A stretch of DNA of 64,000 nucleotides from assembly GCA_965217585.1 (NCBI GenBank), contig OZ244561.1:6496001-6560000 (forward strand). Direction: 5' to 3'. This DNA comes from Candidatus Latescibacterota bacterium (GTDB lineage Bacteria > Latescibacterota > UBA2968 > UBA8231). Positions 28,557-37,992 of the stretch are shown here, in pieces (positions within the stretch are counted from its first letter, which is position 1; every line of letters starts with the position of its first letter). The translations under genes and the position numbers were made by a program. The notes under the pieces are model-generated. The model saw only the letters and a program-made list of their open reading frames with translations. It did not search any database and was not told the DNA's origin.

Positions 28557-28985
28557 TTAGGCGTGGCAATAATAAACCATTATCGCCGTAACTGCCACAT
28601 CACGACCATGACGCACGCAAGCGATCTCGGCTGCGCTCACTACTATGAGAACGGTCACAATACTCCAGAGCACGCCGGCACCTTTGGTAGAAAGAGAAAG
28701 GTCCCCGAACAACAGCCACGCTGCAAGAACCAAGGCACCACAGAGGTTAATCACAATCGCTCCACCAAGCCCAAGACCGCGTCCGCGAACGCGGTCCGCC
28801 CGCCGCTCTATCCAAAGCGCGATGCCAATGCCAAACAGCACGGCACCAAGGATGCTGGGATAGAACGCTGAGGCGGGTTGAGGAATCCCCAGGAAGGAGA
28901 CGAAGTCTCTTGGGAACACAATCAGGAATGCGCCCAGTCCAAAGTTGATGAAGCCGTCGATACCAATCAATAGCGAGTGTCTCAT
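28557..28985 (-). CDS. Hypothetical membrane protein (about 4 TM)
   Basis: 142-aa ORF with four hydrophobic segments. Confidence 0.65.
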   Translation of the reverse strand: MRHSLLIGIDGFINFGLGAFLIVFPRDFVSFLGIPQPASAFYPSILGAVLFGIGIALWIERRADRVRGRGLGLGGAIVINLCGALVLAAWLLFGDLSLSTKGAGVLWSIVTVLIVVSAAEIACVRHGRDVAVTAIMVYYCHA

Positions 28986-29118
28986 GGATCATCCCATCAA
29001 TCGCATAGACCCTTGTAGCGAAGCCGTCACACCAATTGGACCCCATGTTGAATTTGCGAACCGGAGAATCGAAAAGCATGTATGAGGGGGCGCAACTCCT
29101 CGATAAAGCGCCAGATAC

Positions 29119-29152
29119 CAAAAGACCCCGATAGGCTCTGCCATCGGGGTCT
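29119..29152 (-). terminator. Rho-independent terminator downstream of tRNA-Asn
   Basis: AGACCCCGAT(29123-29132)/ATCGGGGTCT(29143-29152) stem followed by a T-run on the minus strand. Confidence 0.7.
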
Positions 29153-29193
29153 AGTGTCAACTAACGAGTCGCCTAAGTTGGCGGCCAAAAAAA

Positions 29194-29269
29194 TGGCTCC
29201 GCGGGTAGGATTCGAACCTACGACCAAGTGGTTAACAGCCACCCGCTCTGCCAGCTGAGCTACCGCGGA
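29194..29269 (-). tRNA. tRNA-Asn (GTT)
   Basis: Reverse complement TCCGCGGTAGCTCAGCTGGCAGAGCGGGTGGCTGTTAACCACTTGGTCGTAGGTTCGAATCCTACCCGCGGAGCCA: 76 nt cloverleaf, GTT anticodon, TTCGA T-loop, encoded CCA. Confidence 0.97.
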
Positions 29270-29369
29270 ATGAACAAATATACTAACGAAAAATCGGGCA
29301 AAAATCAAATAAGGCCAAGACGCCAGCGGCCTTGCTCACCCACTTTTCTCACCCCGCAGCAGCGGATAA

Positions 29370-30215
29370 TTAGTCCGCGTAGTACTCCTTGAGAGAGTCG
29401 CAACGAGCGGGATGGCGGAGCTTCTGTAGGGCTTTTTCCTTGATTTGCCGCACCCGCTCCCGAGTGCGCCCTACGTAAGCCCCGATCTTCTCCAAAGTCA
29501 TCGGCTCGTGCCCATCCAATCCGTAATACATCTTCAAGACACGCGCCTCGCCCTCGCTCAGGACGTGCATGGCGTTGAAAATCTCCGCTTTGAGCTCGTC
29601 GCTGGAGAGGACCTCGTCGCTGGAAGGCTGGCTGTAGTCGGGAAGCAAATCGCCGAAACAGCGATCCGGTTCGGATTCGTCGCAGGGCATCTCCAGCGAA
29701 ACGGGTCTTTGGGCCAATCGCAACAGGAGATCCATGTCTCCGGGTTCGACCTCTAGCTCTTCGGCTATTTCATCTACTTCCGGGGGACGCCCCAGTCCCT
29801 GTTCGAGCTTGTTGAGCACCCTGTTGATACGCGTCAACTCGCCGATGCGGTTCAGCGGCAACCGCACGATGCGCGACTGATTGGCCAACGCTTGCAGGAT
29901 AGACTGGCGGATCCACCACACGGCATAGGAAATGAATTTGAAGCCCTTCGTGCCATCAAAGCGCTTGGCGGCGACGATAAGCCCCAAGTTCCCCTCGTTG
30001 ATCAGATCCGAAAGCGGCAAGCCCAGATTCTGATACTGCTTCGCCACGCTTACGACAAAGCGCAAGTTGGCTTTGACCAGATCGGATAGAGCCTCTTCAT
30101 CGCCCTCTTTTATTTGCTGAGCGATGGCCACTTCGTCCTCGGACGATAGCCCGACAGCATCCTCGATCTCGTGGAAATACTGATCGACGATAGAATCGGT
30201 CTGCAAGGTAGTCAT
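29370..30215 (-). CDS. RNA polymerase sigma factor, RpoD/SigA family (short form without region 1.1)
   Basis: ANLRFVVSVAKQY, DLINEGNLGL, GFKFISYAVWWIRQ, TLEKIG...TRERVRQI. Confidence 0.92.
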   Translation of the reverse strand: MTTLQTDSIVDQYFHEIEDAVGLSSEDEVAIAQQIKEGDEEALSDLVKANLRFVVSVAKQYQNLGLPLSDLINEGNLGLIVAAKRFDGTKGFKFISYAVWWIRQSILQALANQSRIVRLPLNRIGELTRINRVLNKLEQGLGRPPEVDEIAEELEVEPGDMDLLLRLAQRPVSLEMPCDESEPDRCFGDLLPDYSQPSSDEVLSSDELKAEIFNAMHVLSEGEARVLKMYYGLDGHEPMTLEKIGAYVGRTRERVRQIKEKALQKLRHPARCDSLKEYYAD

Positions 30216-30376
30216 AACTTGACGCCTCCTGTTGCTAATGAGCCAGCATGGGGACTCGTGGCTGCATTAAGCTATGATGGTACCTAATGTGGTATGGCTG
30301 GGAGTTTCGGATGTGGGGGAAATACATCCGAAAAGCAAAGCGGTTTAGATAAACCGAATAGGAGAGGATGAAGGCT

Positions 30377-30405
30377 AATATAGGGCCTAAATGTTATATA
30401 ATCAA
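30377..30405 (-). promoter_or_regulatory. sigma70-type promoter for the sigma factor gene
   Basis: Minus strand TTGATT-17 nt-TATATT. Confidence 0.5.
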
Positions 30406-30448
30406 CTCTTTTCGTTCTTTTTTGTTCCTTAACTGTTTGGTGTTTGGC

Positions 30449-31891
30449 TCAATCTATGCCGATGGCTTCTTTGGCTAGCCGGACACAACGCTCGACATCG
30501 TAATCGCGCAGAATGGTGATTTTCTGGGTTTCCAGTGAGCCTTCGGCGTGGATGGCCAGTAGCTCATTGTAACCACCAAAGGTCGAAGCCGTCAGGTCGC
30601 GCACCAAGTTGATCGCCTTCAGCCGCGTCTCGGCATCAACCCCGCTCCCACCGCCCAAGAAGTGTTCGATGTAGTCCTTGGTCTCGGGATTCGCCAAGTC
30701 CTCTTCCGACGGCCCGGTGACCACCAGCCCTCCGGCGATGTCCTGGACCCAAGACACGGCTTGGTGATAGTTATTGGCGAAGTGAAATTTGGCCAAGTTA
30801 GTGAAGACGACATTGGGCACGGCCGTGCCGTTTGCCGCGATGCGGCAATCGTGGGCCGCGGCCAAGGTCAGCCCTCGGACGGTCTCGGCATAGGTGATGA
30901 GCTTGGTCAGTTTCTCGCGCACATGGCTGGCCTTGGCGATGCCGTTGTACTGGGCTAGGAGCGCCGCCGCCCCGATAAAGAGGTCGCAGAGCGGCGGTTT
31001 GTAGGAGGCGGCCGTAAAGCGGTGAAATTCGACGAACGCGTTGGCCAGTGGCCCGGCGTATTGCCACTCCCCCTTGAGGAAGACGCGCTCGTTGGGAATA
31101 AAGACATCGTCGAAGATCGTCAGTGTGTCGATCATGCGGTGCTCAGAGCTGACCGGGTGGTGGAACTGGCTCACCGGAGGCGAGCCAAAAGGGCTGGCGA
31201 TCAGCTTAATCCCCGGGGTATTGACCGACGTGGCAAAGGCAACAGCATAGGCCGCGTCCGCCTCCTTGAGCGCGCGAGTCGGCAAGACGATGAGTTCATC
31301 TACATATGGGGCGCATGTCGTATGGGCTTTGGCTCCGCGCACCACGATCCCATCGCTCCGCTCTTCGACAATGTGGACATAGTAGTCGGGGTGCGCTTGC
31401 TGCGAGGGCAAGAGGCTGCGGTCGCCCTTTACGTCGGTTTGGGCCACGGCCAAGCTCAGGTCGCGCTGTTTGCACTCGCGGTGGAAGGCTTGTACGCGCG
31501 CATTGTATTGCCTACCGGCATTTTGGTCCAAATGGTCGGAGACCAAGTCGAGGGCGAAGAGCGCGTCGGTGCCAATTTCCTTGATTAGCAACACCACACT
31601 GCTGCAAAGCCGCGTCGAACGCTCAATCATCTCGCGCCGGTTGAGCAAATCCGCGGCATCCGTCGGCGTCTTAAAGTAGCGACTGACGGGTTCGCCCAGT
31701 TCTTCATCCATCCAAGTCATCAGGTCGCGGTGCGCCCGGTCCTCGGCCAGTTCAAAATCCAAGGCGACGTGATCCACCCCAATCCCCAAGTCGTCATGCG
31801 CGGTTACGTCCTCGACCCGCTCTCCCCGATGATACACCTCGCGCCCGTCGCGCAAGCCCTCTTTAAATTCGGCGGCGCTACGCAAGCCCAT
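30449..31891 (-). CDS. HpaB / 4-hydroxybutyryl-CoA dehydratase family flavoprotein
   Basis: AQTDVKGDRS, DGIVVRGAKAHT, FDDVFIPNERVF, QDIAGG, HAEGS. Confidence 0.85.
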   Translation of the reverse strand: MGLRSAAEFKEGLRDGREVYHRGERVEDVTAHDDLGIGVDHVALDFELAEDRAHRDLMTWMDEELGEPVSRYFKTPTDAADLLNRREMIERSTRLCSSVVLLIKEIGTDALFALDLVSDHLDQNAGRQYNARVQAFHRECKQRDLSLAVAQTDVKGDRSLLPSQQAHPDYYVHIVEERSDGIVVRGAKAHTTCAPYVDELIVLPTRALKEADAAYAVAFATSVNTPGIKLIASPFGSPPVSQFHHPVSSEHRMIDTLTIFDDVFIPNERVFLKGEWQYAGPLANAFVEFHRFTAASYKPPLCDLFIGAAALLAQYNGIAKASHVREKLTKLITYAETVRGLTLAAAHDCRIAANGTAVPNVVFTNLAKFHFANNYHQAVSWVQDIAGGLVVTGPSEEDLANPETKDYIEHFLGGGSGVDAETRLKAINLVRDLTASTFGGYNELLAIHAEGSLETQKITILRDYDVERCVRLAKEAIGID

Positions 31892-31907
31892 AAGGCCCCC
31901 TTCCCTT

Positions 31908-34181
31908 TCAATTTCTCAGTGGTTTACCCGTGTGCAGCATGTGTGCGATGCGCTGTCGCGTGCGCTCGGTGCCGCATAGATGCAGAAAGACCTCGCGTTC
32001 CAAATTGAGCAAGTGGCGCTCCTCTACTTCCCGGCGCGCCCCACCACCTCCTGTAAGCACCCGCGCCAGACCGCGCCCTACGACCACATCGTGCTCGCTG
32101 AACTGCCCAGCAGCCCGGCCTTCATCTAGGCGCTCGTGCAAAAGCGCTAGCCCTTCGGCTCCAGCGACCTCTACCCCATCCGGCGCACCAGCGCAGTAGC
32201 CTGCGGTGAGTAGGCTGTGCAATTTGGCTACGGCCCGCTTTAAGAGCTGGCCCTCGGCAAAGGCAATCTCGTCCTCAGCGCCTAGAAGGTTCCACGCTCG
32301 GGCCTGAAAGGCGTTGTCGCTGAAGTTTCCGGTAAAAATCGTCTCAAACGCGGATGCTATATCGCTTGTTCCCCTTCGTGCCATCTCCATACAGCCGCCG
32401 CTGCCGGGGATCAGGCCGACCTTGGTCTCCACCAAGCCCATGCCTAATTCAGCCATCGCCACGCGCGCATCGGCACCCAAGGCGAACTCGCACCCGCCTC
32501 CCAGCACCAAGCCGCGGAGGGCCGCGACGACCGGAAAGGGCGCGTAGCGCAGCGCTTGCACGGCCTCTTGGAAGGCGGCGACAAACGCTTCCAGCCCCGG
32601 CCAGTCGCTCTCATTGACGAGCTTGGCTACGTGCTTCAAGTCGGCACCGACCGAGAACCAGCGGCCAGCTCCAGCGAGCACCAAGCCAGTAAAGGGGGCC
32701 GCATCCACCGCGTGGTGGACGGCTTCTAGTGCCGCTGGCCCCAAGGCGTTCATCTTGCCGCTAAAAACCAATGCCCCCATTCCCTCGTCCAACTCGACCA
32801 AGTAGGCCCCGGCATTGGACCAGATGGCTCGCTCGGAAGCTAGCCTAGCCCAATCGTCTGCTGGCTGTTGCCAGCTTTCGCGCCGCAACCGGGTCGGCGA
32901 GAAAGCGCCCTGCTCTCCATAAAAGTGCGTTTCACCTGCGGCGAGCAATTGGACGGCGAGGTCGGGTACGCGCTGTTGGTTGGCTTCCAGAGAGGAGACG
33001 ACCTCTTCGACGCCGAAGAGATCCCACAACTCAAAAGGCCCTAGCTCCCAGTTAAATCCCCAGCGCATCGCCTGATCGATTTGGACGATATCGCTGGCTA
33101 TGTCCCCGGCGTGCTCGGCGGCGTAGGCTAGCACGGCCATGAGATGCGCCCTCCCGAGTTGGCCCCACGGGCCTGGATCGTCCCATAAGGCGCGGAGGCG
33201 GCGCGCTGGGGAGCGCTCGCTCAACGCCGATTCCAAGGTCTCCACCTTTTGCACGGGTTGGTAGGCGAAGGTATCCAAGTCGAGGGCCTCGATACCCGCC
33301 TCAGCCTTGCGGTAAAACCCGGCATTGACCTTGGCCCCGAGTAAGTTCTCCTCCAACATCCGCCGATAAAACGCCGGCAGCGTAAAAAGCGACCGCCACG
33401 GATCCGCTGGCAACCCCTTGTAGCTGGTCTCGGCCACGTGCGCGACCGTGTCCAAACCCACGATGTCGCAAACGCGCAAGGTCGCGCTTTGGGGCCGCCC
33501 CATCAGGGGGCCGGTTAGCGCGTCAACTTCGGCCACACCCAACCCGTCCTGCTCCATCCTCTGCAGCATGTCGCAGACGGCAAAAATCCACAGGCGATTG
33601 CCGATAAAATTAGGCGTGTCTCGGCCGCAGACCACGCCCTTGCCCAACTCCCCGGCGAGGAAATCCACCATCTGCTGGACGATAGCTGGCTCGGTGTCAG
33701 GCCCGGGTATGACTTCGACCAGCTTCATGTAGCGCGGCGGGTTGAAGAAATGTACCCCAAGGAAGCGGCGGCAAAACTCCGGCGACCGGCCGTGGACCAA
33801 ATCGGCGATGGATAGCCCCGAGGTATTGCTGCTGATGACCAATCCGTCGTGTAGGTACGGCTCCAAGCGGGCCAGCAACGACCGCTTGGGCGCGCTTTCT
33901 TCTACTACGGCTTCAATGACCCAATCGGCCGCTCCAACGCATGTTAGTTCCTCCATGCTTCCCAGCTCGATGCGCTGGGCCATCTCCTCTAGATAGAAAG
34001 CGGGAGGTCGGCTCGCGAGGGCCTTCTCCAGCCCCTGACGCGCGCGGCCCGCCCCATCGCCTGCCAGCGGCAGGTCGAGGAGGCGCACCTTGTGGCCCGC
34101 ACAGGCGAGTAGGGCCGCGATTTGCCCTCCCATGACCCCAGCGCCGAGCACCACTACGTTTGTCACTTTTTCATTCTCCAT
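31908..34181 (-). CDS. 3-hydroxyacyl-CoA dehydrogenase / enoyl-CoA hydratase fusion (FadN-like)
   Basis: GAGVMG, SNTSG, HFFNPPRYMKLVE, GGGCE, GLVETKVGLIPG, C-terminal TGKPLRN. Confidence 0.9.
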   Translation of the reverse strand: MENEKVTNVVVLGAGVMGGQIAALLACAGHKVRLLDLPLAGDGAGRARQGLEKALASRPPAFYLEEMAQRIELGSMEELTCVGAADWVIEAVVEESAPKRSLLARLEPYLHDGLVISSNTSGLSIADLVHGRSPEFCRRFLGVHFFNPPRYMKLVEVIPGPDTEPAIVQQMVDFLAGELGKGVVCGRDTPNFIGNRLWIFAVCDMLQRMEQDGLGVAEVDALTGPLMGRPQSATLRVCDIVGLDTVAHVAETSYKGLPADPWRSLFTLPAFYRRMLEENLLGAKVNAGFYRKAEAGIEALDLDTFAYQPVQKVETLESALSERSPARRLRALWDDPGPWGQLGRAHLMAVLAYAAEHAGDIASDIVQIDQAMRWGFNWELGPFELWDLFGVEEVVSSLEANQQRVPDLAVQLLAAGETHFYGEQGAFSPTRLRRESWQQPADDWARLASERAIWSNAGAYLVELDEGMGALVFSGKMNALGPAALEAVHHAVDAAPFTGLVLAGAGRWFSVGADLKHVAKLVNESDWPGLEAFVAAFQEAVQALRYAPFPVVAALRGLVLGGGCEFALGADARVAMAELGMGLVETKVGLIPGSGGCMEMARRGTSDIASAFETIFTGNFSDNAFQARAWNLLGAEDEIAFAEGQLLKRAVAKLHSLLTAGYCAGAPDGVEVAGAEGLALLHERLDEGRAAGQFSEHDVVVGRGLARVLTGGGGARREVEERHLLNLEREVFLHLCGTERTRQRIAHMLHTGKPLRN

Positions 34182-34428
34182 TTTCCCCTCCCGTCGGGAA
34201 GAGGGAGAGTTGATCTGGATTGGACGGCGTCGCCCTACCCCGCAAGAGCGCCGGTCCCTCGTGGTACAGGGCCAACCAGCGCTCGATCTCGCTCAGGCGA
34301 AATCGCACTAGCTTGCCAAGTCTATAGTGGGGAATCTGGCCTCGACGGACCATGCGACGCACAGTGGAGGGCGAACAGCGGAGATAGGCGGCGACCTCTC
34401 CGGCGATCATCATCCGTTCCTGAACCAT
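34171..34428 (-). CDS. Excisionase-like (HTH_17) DNA-binding protein
   Basis: EVAAYLRCSPSTVRRMVRRGQIPHYRLGKLVRFRLSEIERWL. Confidence 0.85.
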   Translation of the reverse strand: MVQERMMIAGEVAAYLRCSPSTVRRMVRRGQIPHYRLGKLVRFRLSEIERWLALYHEGPALLRGRATPSNPDQLSLFPTGGENGE

Positions 34429-34446
34429 AGCTCTGCACCCAAGTGC

Positions 34447-34887
34447 TCAGCAACGCAGAAGGCGCTCGGCAACAAAGAAATTGTTGTCGGTTTCCTGGAT
34501 GGAAACTTCGATGTGGTACTGATAGCCGCGCCGCGGGAACAGCCCCTGTAATACCTCGACTGCTTGGTCAAGGCAGTACTCGGCCACGTTTTCCACACTC
34601 GGATTTTCGCCTGGAATGACCACGACCCCCTGCGGATCAAAGAGCTTAGGGTCGAGAAAGGTCGCATCCCGAGCGGCAACCAGCATTTTGTGATCCAAGA
34701 ATTTGAAGATGTCCTTGAGCGCACCGAAGTCAACGGTCATGTCCAGTTTTTCGAGCCGCGGAAAGCGCTCGGTGCGGACGACGAACACGCCGCGCCAAGT
34801 ATGCCCGTGGACGTAGGCGCATTTGCCGTCGTAGTCTAGCTGCCGATGGGCGGCGTGGAATTTACCTCGCGCCTTAATGGTCTCCAT
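34447..34887 (-). CDS. queD: 6-carboxy-5,6,7,8-tetrahydropterin synthase (PTPS/QueD family)
   Basis: FHAAH, C-x3-HGH, VDFG, LDH, PSVEN, ET; ATG 34887 after GAGGGGG. Confidence 0.85.
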   Translation of the reverse strand: METIKARGKFHAAHRQLDYDGKCAYVHGHTWRGVFVVRTERFPRLEKLDMTVDFGALKDIFKFLDHKMLVAARDATFLDPKLFDPQGVVVIPGENPSVENVAEYCLDQAVEVLQGLFPRRGYQYHIEVSIQETDNNFFVAERLLRC

Positions 34888-35146
34888 GCAAGTTATCCCC
34901 CTCGATCCCTGCCAGCACTTTCTCCAAGCGAGTGCGGTAGTACCAAGTCCCCACCGACGTGAGGGCCTGCAACGCGATGACGTAGTAGAGTACCTTGCCA
35001 ATCGCGCGCACCCACTCCGCTGTCGAGATCGTGGTTAGGATGATGATGAGCGCAAAAGCCGCGAGTATGACCCCGGTGTTGATGCGGAGCATCTTCTGGC
35101 ATAGCGCCAGTATTTTGTGCCGTGCTGCGTTGGTGTCTTCCGCCAT
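34874..35146 (-). CDS. Small membrane protein (2 TM)
   Basis: 90-aa ORF tightly packed between dxr (3-bp gap) and queD (overlap). Confidence 0.65.
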   Translation of the reverse strand: MAEDTNAARHKILALCQKMLRINTGVILAAFALIIILTTISTAEWVRAIGKVLYYVIALQALTSVGTWYYRTRLEKVLAGIEGDNLHGDH

Positions 35147-35149
35147 AAG

Positions 35150-36316
35150 TTATCCCGCCTGTCCAGCGACCCACTCCCGGGCTAGCCGCCGTGCACAGCG
35201 GTCCTCGTCTAATATGGATTCGAGGGAAACCGCCTCCTGCGTGCCGCAGCGTGCAAGCACGTCGCGGTTCAGGTCGGCGATGTCGAGGAACCCGATTTTC
35301 CGCGCCAAAAAAGCCCCCACAGCTTCCTCATTGGCCGCGTTGAGGGCGGCTGGAAAGGTCCCTCCATTCCGGCCGGCTTCGTAGCACAGATCCAGACAGG
35401 GAAAATTCGCTCTGTCCGGAGCGGCGAAACTCAGTTGGCCCACTTGCTTGAGGTCGAGGCTGTCGAGAGGCACCTCCCGCCGCTCTGGGTGGGTCAGCGC
35501 GTATTGGATCGGCAGCAGCATATCGGTCTTGCCCATGTGCGCCAACAGCGATCCATCGGCAAATTCAACCAGTGCATGCACAACCGACTGGCGGTGGACG
35601 ACCACATCCACTTGTTCGACCGCCACGCCAAAGAGCCAAGCAGCCTCGATAACTTCAAAGCCCTTGTTCATCAGGGTTGCCGAATCCACGCTGATTTTGG
35701 GGCCCATTTTCCAAGTGGGGTGATCGATAGCCTGCTCTGGGGTAATGTCGCGCATCTGCTCGCGACTGTGCCCAAAAAACGGCCCCCCAGAGGCCGTGAG
35801 GATGATCCGCTTCAGGCTTTTGCGATTTTCGCCCTTCAGGCACTGCCAAATGGCATTGGGTTCGCTGTCCAACGGCAGCACGGTCCCCCCGCCGCGCTGG
35901 GCTTGCTGCAAGATTAGCCCGCCGGCCATAACCAAGGGCTCCTTATTGGCCATGGCCACGGTCTTGCCCTGCGCCAATGCCGCCAGCGTCGGAGCGAGGC
36001 CGACGGCACCGACGAGCCCATTGACCACTATATCGGCCTCCGGCATGGTGGCGAGCTCACACAGCCCCTCTTCGCCACAAACCACCTCGACCCGCGGCAA
36101 TGCGCTCTGCACCTGTTTTCTAGCCTCGACATCTAGAACGCAGATTTTTTGCGGTTGCCAGTGGCGCGCGCGCACGATCAGCTTTTCGACCTTAGAGCCA
36201 CCTCCCAAGCCCACGACCTCGTACCCATCTCCCAAATTTTCGAGGACCTTGAAACACGTGTCTCCAATGGACCCGGTGCAGCCGATAACGACGATTTTGG
36301 GGGGGTCGTCAGCCAT
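35150..36316 (-). CDS. dxr: 1-deoxy-D-xylulose-5-phosphate reductoisomerase
   Basis: GCTGSIG, ANKE, LPLDSE, LTASGGPF, HPTWKMGPKISVDSATLMNKGFEVIEA, NAANE. Confidence 0.95.
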   Translation of the reverse strand: MADDPPKIVVIGCTGSIGDTCFKVLENLGDGYEVVGLGGGSKVEKLIVRARHWQPQKICVLDVEARKQVQSALPRVEVVCGEEGLCELATMPEADIVVNGLVGAVGLAPTLAALAQGKTVAMANKEPLVMAGGLILQQAQRGGGTVLPLDSEPNAIWQCLKGENRKSLKRIILTASGGPFFGHSREQMRDITPEQAIDHPTWKMGPKISVDSATLMNKGFEVIEAAWLFGVAVEQVDVVVHRQSVVHALVEFADGSLLAHMGKTDMLLPIQYALTHPERREVPLDSLDLKQVGQLSFAAPDRANFPCLDLCYEAGRNGGTFPAALNAANEEAVGAFLARKIGFLDIADLNRDVLARCGTQEAVSLESILDEDRCARRLAREWVAGQAG

Positions 36317-36333
36317 GTTCAGTTGGGGCGAAT

Positions 36334-37992
36334 CTAGCTGCTGTCGCCCCCTCTGCGCCCCCCGTTGCGCGGCCGACGACCGTTCCCATTGCGGGCGCCG
36401 TTATTACGCCGGTCACCGCGGCCCCGTTCGGTATGGCGCACCACCTGCGTCTGGCGCACGACCACGACCTTGACTTGACCTGCAAAGGTCAATTCGGCCT
36501 TGACCCGCTCGGCTACATCGAACGCCAGCATCTCAGCGTCTTCATCCCCGATCTGCTCACCGCAAACCATGACGCGGATTTCGCGACCAGCGTTGATGGC
36601 GTACACGTCGTTGACGCCCCCAAACGACGTCGCGATTTCTTCCAAGCGCATGATGCGGCGGGTATAGCCTTCGAGGTCTTCGCGCCGCCCCCCGGGCCGT
36701 ATCGACGATATAGTATCCGCTGCCTTAACCAAGAAGCAGATCGGCGAAAGGCGCTCGTGGTCCTCGTGGTGCTCGGCGATGACTTCCTTGACGGTCAGAT
36801 GCTCGTCAAATCGCTCGCCGAGCTTAATGCCCAATTCGACGTGGCCCCCTTCCATCTCCTTGCTGACGGTCTTGCCGATATCGTGCAAGAGGCCCGCCCG
36901 CTTGGCCAACGGCACATCCAATCCTACTTCGGCGGCCATCAACCCCGATAAATGGGCGACTTCTAGGCAGTGCTGTAAAAGGTTTTGCCCAAAGCTAGCG
37001 CGATATTTGAGCATGCCCACGTAATGGGGCAAATCGGCGTGGTATTGGCTAGCCCCAATCTCGCTGAGGGTGCTCTTGCCGACCTCGACCATGTCTTTGT
37101 CTAGGGCCTTGCGGCACTCCTCTACCACTTCCTCGATTTTGGTCGGGGTGAAGCCACCGGCACCGATTAGCTGATGCATCGCACGGCTGGCCACTTCGCG
37201 CCGCGCTGGATCGTAGGACGAAAGCAACACGGCGTCGGGTGTATCATCGACCACGACTTTGACTCCGGTCGCCGTCTCAAATGCGCGCACATTGCGCCCT
37301 TCCTTGCCGATAATGCGACTTTTGATTCCCTCGTTGGGCAAGGGCACCGTCGAGGTGACCAAATGGACGGTCTCTTCAACTGCACAGCGCTGAATGGCTT
37401 GGGCGATGATTTTTTTCGCTTCTCGATCCGACTCTTCCTTCGCCTTGGTGCGCTCGCTGCGGATCATGGCCGCCGCTCGCCCGCGGACCTCGCTGGCCAG
37501 ATGCTCCATCATCTGTTCGCGCGCCTCGTCTGCGGGCAGCCCACTGGCCAGCTCTAGACGTTGCTGGTACTCGATGCGCATCTGGCCCAGTTCCTGTTCT
37601 TCCTCTTTTAAGGTCCGTTCGCGTTGGCCAATCCGCCGCTCCTGATTTTTGAGGCGGTTCCACGCTCGGCTCTGCTCTTCTTTTTGGCTATTGAGGTCGC
37701 GCACAAGCTGTGCCAAGCTCTTATCGCGGCGGTCCAAATCGGCCAATTGATCTTCTAACTCGGCCTCTTGGCGGGCTTTGGTTTTATACCAGTTATCCCG
37801 CTCTTCGAGTAAGCTCAGCCGTACCGCGCGCTCTTCTTCGGCCAACTGCTGCCGCACTCGGTCTTCTGCCTCTCTCTCTACTTGGGGCAGGACGCCCCTT
37901 TTTAATTGATAACTCAGCAGAAAACCCAGACCTCCGCCCAAAGCGAGCAGGCCCAAGCCCGCTAATGCTTGGATCATATCTGGATATTCCAT
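36334..37992 (-). CDS. rny: Ribonuclease Y
   Basis: N-terminal TM, coiled coil, KH (RIIGKEGRNVR), HD (LLHDIGK), RPGGRRE, AINAGREIRV. Confidence 0.93.
   Translation of the reverse strand: MEYPDMIQALAGLGLLALGGGLGFLLSYQLKRGVLPQVEREAEDRVRQQLAEEERAVRLSLLEERDNWYKTKARQEAELEDQLADLDRRDKSLAQLVRDLNSQKEEQSRAWNRLKNQERRIGQRERTLKEEEQELGQMRIEYQQRLELASGLPADEAREQMMEHLASEVRGRAAAMIRSERTKAKEESDREAKKIIAQAIQRCAVEETVHLVTSTVPLPNEGIKSRIIGKEGRNVRAFETATGVKVVVDDTPDAVLLSSYDPARREVASRAMHQLIGAGGFTPTKIEEVVEECRKALDKDMVEVGKSTLSEIGASQYHADLPHYVGMLKYRASFGQNLLQHCLEVAHLSGLMAAEVGLDVPLAKRAGLLHDIGKTVSKEMEGGHVELGIKLGERFDEHLTVKEVIAEHHEDHERLSPICFLVKAADTISSIRPGGRREDLEGYTRRIMRLEEIATSFGGVNDVYAINAGREIRVMVCGEQIGDEDAEMLAFDVAERVKAELTFAGQVKVVVVRQTQVVRHTERGRGDRRNNGARNGNGRRPRNGGRRGGDSS

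Noticed and set aside
28550-28565. Integron attC site (GCCTAAC overlapping the stop of 28557..28985)
   Set aside because: No matching GTTRRRY end with a paired stem at suitable distance, and no integron integrase
29027-29308. 93-aa ORF spanning the tRNA
   Set aside because: Overlaps tRNA-Asn and its terminator; spurious
34171-34428. Excisionase as marker of a prophage or ICE
   Set aside because: No integrase, att repeats or phage genes nearby; the gene is embedded in a housekeeping run
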